Part shown: piece after piece, positions 59,301 through 64,000 of the stretch
Layout: every line of letters begins with the position of its first letter
Position numbering within the stretch: position 1 is the stretch's first letter
Source of the DNA: Amoebophrya sp. A120
Lineage: Eukaryota; Protista; Dinoflagellata
DNA: 64,000 bases
Assembly (NCBI GenBank): GCA_905178155.1
Contig: CAJINV010000005.1
Coordinates: 3,106,833-3,170,832 of the forward strand
Direction: 5' to 3'
Notes under the pieces: model-generated
What the model was told of the DNA's origin: nothing
Databases searched by the model: none
What the model saw: only the letters and a program-made list of their open reading frames with translations
Translations under genes and position numbers: made by a program

Positions 59301-61570
59301 CGAGTGGCGGTTGCTATCCCTGGTGAAGATCCTCGCACCTACCTACGCCCGGAAGTGCAGAATGGAGCAGCGGAAGTACAAAGCAGACCACCTTGGTTTA
59401 ACACCATCGTCAAATAAGGCCAACACTTCATCTGTAGTCGCAAGAGGGCCTGGATCTGGATCTGCTTTCTCCACCGCGCCGCCCGCGGCAAAACTGGAGC
59501 AAGAAGAAGACAACTCCATACCATGGGTAGACATACACATATCTTCACGTCACGATCCTTCAGTGGCGAAGGAAAAACAAGCAGAGCAAGCGTCTGCATC
59601 TAGTTCCGCTGCGCAAGGAAATGATCAAGATGGAGCGGTTGCTAAAGATGCAACAGGAACAAACATTTCCGCTGCAGCTGCTGATGCAGTTCCAGCAGAA
59701 CCTGCAAAGGACGAAACACTTCTTCCAACATCAAGTAACAACAGCGTGGTCAAGCCGCCCAGCCCGAATCCCGTCCTCAAAGATAACTCCGTGTGCAGCT
59801 CTTGCGGGAATCAGACTGCGAGTGCAATGGAGCTCGTCACCGAGACATTCCTCTACGATTTTAAGTATAACGCGATCTACTCCCTGTGCAATCGCGTGGA
59901 CAATTTCCAGGACGCGGAAAAGGTCGTGCCGGTGTTGCGCTGCCTACACAAGAACGGGGTCAATCTGAAAGCGAAAAACAACATGATGACCCGGGAAACG
60001 GCCCTGCACAAGCTGGCGAAACGGTCGTGGGCGCGGGTGGAGGCCGGCGCGCGGATGGTGGAGGAACTCAGCCGGCTGGAACCCAGTCTTCTCAGCTGCA
60101 AAAACCTGCAGGGGTTGACGCCACTGCACCTGTGGGCGCAGCACACGAGCGGGCACTACGGGTCGAGTCACGCGAGCAGCAGCAGTTCTAGCTCCTCGTC
60201 CCGGGCGAAGATTTCCATCGAGGAGCGCGTTCTCCACGCACTCCTTCCGGCGGACAAGTTTGAGCTCTGCGAGCCGTGCGGCCACGACCAGCGCACCGTG
60301 CTGCACCGGTTGGCGACCCGGGGCCTCGCCTGGGGCGGGCGCAGCACGTGGACCGACGCGGACACGGGGGCGTCAACGTGGTCGTTGGCAGGGGTCACGG
60401 ATTTCATCTTGTTAAGAGCCGGAAGGGAATGCGCGGTAAACCTGTTGAACGCGCGGGACTGCAAACAGCGCACGGCTTTGGTCTTGGCGTGCAAAAGAGG
60501 GCACGACGAAATCGTGCGGTACTTGCTGCCGCGGATGAACCTCCGCGGGTTGCAACTCGCGGATTTGCGAAAGAAAACCGCGTACTTGTACGCGGTGCGG
60601 AGTGTGGCGCCCAAGGAGGTGCTGTACGCGTTTGAGAAAAGGCTGGCGAACGAAAAACTGCCGCTCGGGTGCAAGGACAGAGAGACAAAGGTACTTACTA
60701 CGTGGTACTTGATGGTTTTTGAAAATGTTTGCGAGTTCATTTCTCGCTTGATTTTGATATCTACGGTATGTGGCTTTGAATTGCACTCACGGTTGCAGCT
60801 TTAGTTACTGGCAAAGAACAAGCACACGGTCCTCGTCCATTTTCGAAAATACAAACTCGAACTCCACTCCAGGCCGAGCTTTCCGAAGTTCTTCGCCTAA
60901 ACGACGAGGCAACAACAGCAGCAGCGTCGGAGGAGCAGCAAGACGTCCCCGGGGGTGTTGACGTATCAACTGTAAAAATGTCTGGGTCTGGAAGATTCTG
61001 ACACTTGTCATGCACGTTTTGCATGAGCCATGATGTCTGTGATGCATCCCCTAGCCATACAGATTTTTTGAGGGCTTCTTGATGCCTATTCCGCATGACA
61101 AATGCCTTCTCAGCGTAGCAAAAACTGTATTCCCTTTGCTGCTCATGCAATACAGATTTTTTTGGAATCCAAATTCAGCATCACAAGTTCCAATCCTCCA
61201 GACCCAGAAATTTTTACAGTTGATACGACCTCTCCTTTCACGATTCGGACGGCGCGGCGTCCGATATTTCCGCCAACTTTATCCTGTGCAAAAGTATCGT
61301 ACTCGTATAAATGCAAGTCTTGCATTACAAATATTTTTCTTAAGGTAAATCAGCATGACAAATTTTATTTGTCATGCTGAGAAAATTTGTAATGCATTTA
61401 TACGAATACGATACATACTTTTGCAGTTCATAAACTTTTCTAGTTCGCAAAATTCCAGCGATGCAACGAGCGACGACGACGATGACGACGACGGGGATGA
61501 CGACAGCGACTTTTCGGACGACAGCGATGATTCCTCGGGCGATGGGGGGGACTACGATGAAGGCTGGTAG
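56398..61570 (+). CDS. Large ankyrin-repeat protein with acidic C-terminal tail
   Basis: Ankyrin motifs RETALHKLA, GLTPLHLWA, QRTVLHRLA, QRTALVLACKRGHDEIVRYLL; in-frame GT-AG intron 58489-58707 joins the two long ORFs; 3' exons joined through an unresolved intron near 60690-60805 and two introners. Confidence 0.75.
60964..61225. mobile_element. Introner/MITE intron, family A (reverse orientation, 262 bp)
   Basis: TIR TATCAACTGTAAAAATGTCTGGGTCTGGA; flanks TGACG/CGACC; close reverse-complement copy of 11947-12208. Confidence 0.9.
61280..61432. mobile_element. Short, nearly fully palindromic introner intron
   Basis: TGCAAAAG-TATCGTACTCGTATAAATGCA vs TGCATTTATACGAATACGATA..CTTTTGCA; perfect TSD AACTT. 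Confidence 0.85.
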
Positions 61571-62442
61571 ATCAACTGGATTCGAAAATCAGAATTATTC
61601 CGCGGTGTTGTAGAGTATAGTGATGGGGAAGTTTTTGCGCATGGCGTCGAGGCTTCACGTCCAATCCAAAATCAAGTGTGCCTCTACTCCGGCGAGTCTT
61701 TCTCGAAGCCGCTTGATCTGCCCTAGTGGCGTATCATCTGAAACTGTGTTCAATCCAGAGGGGCGATTGCGAGCAGCGGAAAGAGTTTCTGCTTGGAAAA
61801 ACGCCTGTCGACAGTGCCGCGCGTCTACATCTTCAACTTTGTCATCGAGGGAGACAAAGATGAGGGGGCGTTACGAGAAATTGAACATACGCGTACTAAT
61901 CAAAATCATAATCATGTGATGCTCCACTATTACGACCATTCTTCGTTCGCCTTCGTGCAGGAAAATTGACGCTTGATATTTGTCGCATTTCGTTTTCGTA
62001 TCTCGTTCGTGGGCAAAAGATTCGTCACAAAAGGACTAGCAATGAACATGAAGAAGTTTGCCTTTGCATGCGTACTATAATAACATCGTCAAGCAGTCGC
62101 GTCCATATCCATTGCAAGGAAGGACTCTGTATCTTGTTCGTTCATCATTGTTGCGTCCAAATCACCGACGTTCAAGAGACACGAAGGCTACAAATTTGTT
62201 TTCTCTGTAACTGCCGATGATAAGTAATTTCATTTGACCAAACAGGATTTGCGTATTTTTTTCCCGGGAAGACGAAGCGGAAAAACGATAAACCTCGACC
62301 AAAAAAAATCATCGTGACAAACAAGCCTGTGCCTTAGTGTACAAAAAGCCAATTCCAGAACATTTCTGTTTAGCACGTAGTACCAGTTGTGCCTACAAGC
62401 TTTGCTATTGCAGGGTTATCAAATAAGGCAAACTCCACAACA

Positions 62443-62853
62443 ATGGCAAAGATCGCGAAGATCGGCACGGCAGCCGCCGTGATTCTCCCCCTGATGGGTG
62501 GGGAGGGAGGCGTTCTCGCCGCCAAGAAGAAAACGGCCGCTACGCACTTCTGGGTCGGCAGTGAATCCTCGCCGATTGGGCTGATGGAAGTGGACCGCGT
62601 GGACAAAAAATCCGAGGGAAAGAAGAAGGAAAACAAGACGGCCGAGGGAAAAAAGGAAAAGAAGAAGAAGGAAGAGGCGGCGGAAAAGAAGAAGGAAAAG
62701 AAGAAGTCTGCGGGAGAGCTATTATTATTGCCGAAGGACATTGCGACCCAGGTGGCTACAGATGCTAGCGAGGCAAAAGGAAACGTTCAGGCCGCAGCAG
62801 GAGCGGTGCAAGGAGCGGCGCAAAGTGCGGCAACCCGGATCCATAGCAGATGA
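62443..62853 (+). CDS. Short Lys/Glu-rich protein with hydrophobic N-terminus; paralog of 54163-54949
   Basis: Shared PLxGGE, ATHFW-x-GSE and RVD motifs followed by a K/E tract; 3' end uncertain. Confidence 0.7.
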   Translation: MAKIAKIGTAAAVILPLMGGEGGVLAAKKKTAATHFWVGSESSPIGLMEVDRVDKKSEGKKKENKTAEGKKEKKKKEEAAEKKKEKKKSAGELLLLPKDIATQVATDASEAKGNVQAAAGAVQGAAQSAATRIHSR

Positions 62854-64000
62854 TGCGGGCAATCCGTTCGCACCATCTGCGCAACCTTGTGAATCTGAAA
62901 GCAAGAAAGCAGGCAAATAGCTTCGAGCGTATTCTCTTTGCTTCTTCGTCAAGTTCTCGCTTTCTTTTGTCTTCTCTTTCTTCTTCCCGAAAGAAAGCCC
63001 GATGTTGCAAAGATGGTTTATTTTTTACGTAGATGCTTATGCTTTGCGATGAGTATGTAAATGTATGTATGCTACGGAACCGGTAGTAAGAGTAACTCGC
63101 TCAACCTCAAACCCGCTGCACTGGGATCATTTTGAATGAATATTTTATTTCTACAGTTGCTCGTCAGAGATCGCCATACATGTTCCTAGTACAGTCTTCG
63201 TTGTTTTTCTCCTCAAGTAGTACTCCATCCAGACCGGGCACGAGCTGCCCTACCACTCATGAACCCCAACTGAACCATACCCATAAGTCACGTTAAAAAA
63301 TTTTATGTTTTGCAAAAAACTAAAAATGTTTAGTTTTCGCAAATACGAAGAAATTTAAATTGAAATTCAAATTTTCCCTTGCGATGCCACCCCCTACTCG
63401 ACATTCATTCTAAGTATCTGCTGCTACGTACAGCAGGAAAAATACCTAAAAATACATTTTTTCAAATCATTCCCAACCCCCCTCGACAAAAGTTTGTATG
63501 TTTCATCAACCTCTGTCGACACAAGGCACTGTTAACATACGTTGTGACAGATGATGATGGACGCGATTTTTCTTAACTTTTCCAACCTTATTTATCAAGG
63601 GGGATGACGATGAAGAACCAGGTTGGTGTTTTGGTTTTTACAAAATGGGAACATTTGTATTCCGTCCTGAGAGAATGAACGAGCGAAACCAAACCGCGCA
63701 GAGCGACATCAAAAACGAGCGAATAGGACGAGAGATTTCTCCAAAGAGAAGATATAGGTAATAAATCTTTGTTCCACTGTAATATACTCAGGTCCTGACT
63801 CCTTGCGTGACAAGTTTGCCAAAAAAAAGAGCGCCAATCTCACGTCAGCAGGTTTGCTAAAGTACATACCACTTAACGAAGGGATACCGCAGTTTTCTGC
63901 CCGTGTTCGCCCAATTCAACGTAATCTAGAAACAAAACCGATCGCTCCCCCGTAGAGCACCAATATGGGCTTCGCTCTGGACCCGTATATGCCGATCACG

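Overview
Eukaryotic genomic DNA; all credible genes lie on the + strand. Gene style and intron type suggest a Syndiniales dinoflagellate such as Amoebophrya (inference only). Recognisable genes are a DPH7/WDR85-like WD40 protein, two ERD2/KDEL-receptor-like paralogs, a phospholipase/carboxylesterase, an ankyrin-repeat protein and a pair of short Lys/Glu-rich paralogs, plus several large hypothetical proteins. The dominant signal is about 32 MITE-like insertions (137-356 bp, one 968 bp composite) inside coding sequence. Most have TAY...RTA ends and terminal inverted repeats, and all but a few have recognisable 5-bp flanking direct repeats (15 perfect). Removing each element plus 5 nt restores the host reading frame, so they behave as non-canonical introner introns. 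They occur in both orientations and in several TIR subfamilies that share a GCATGACA motif. Paralog comparison within the window shows five intron gains. Two larger GC-rich TIR elements are also present, one nested inside an introner. All splicing is inferred by hand from frame restoration, without RNA data.
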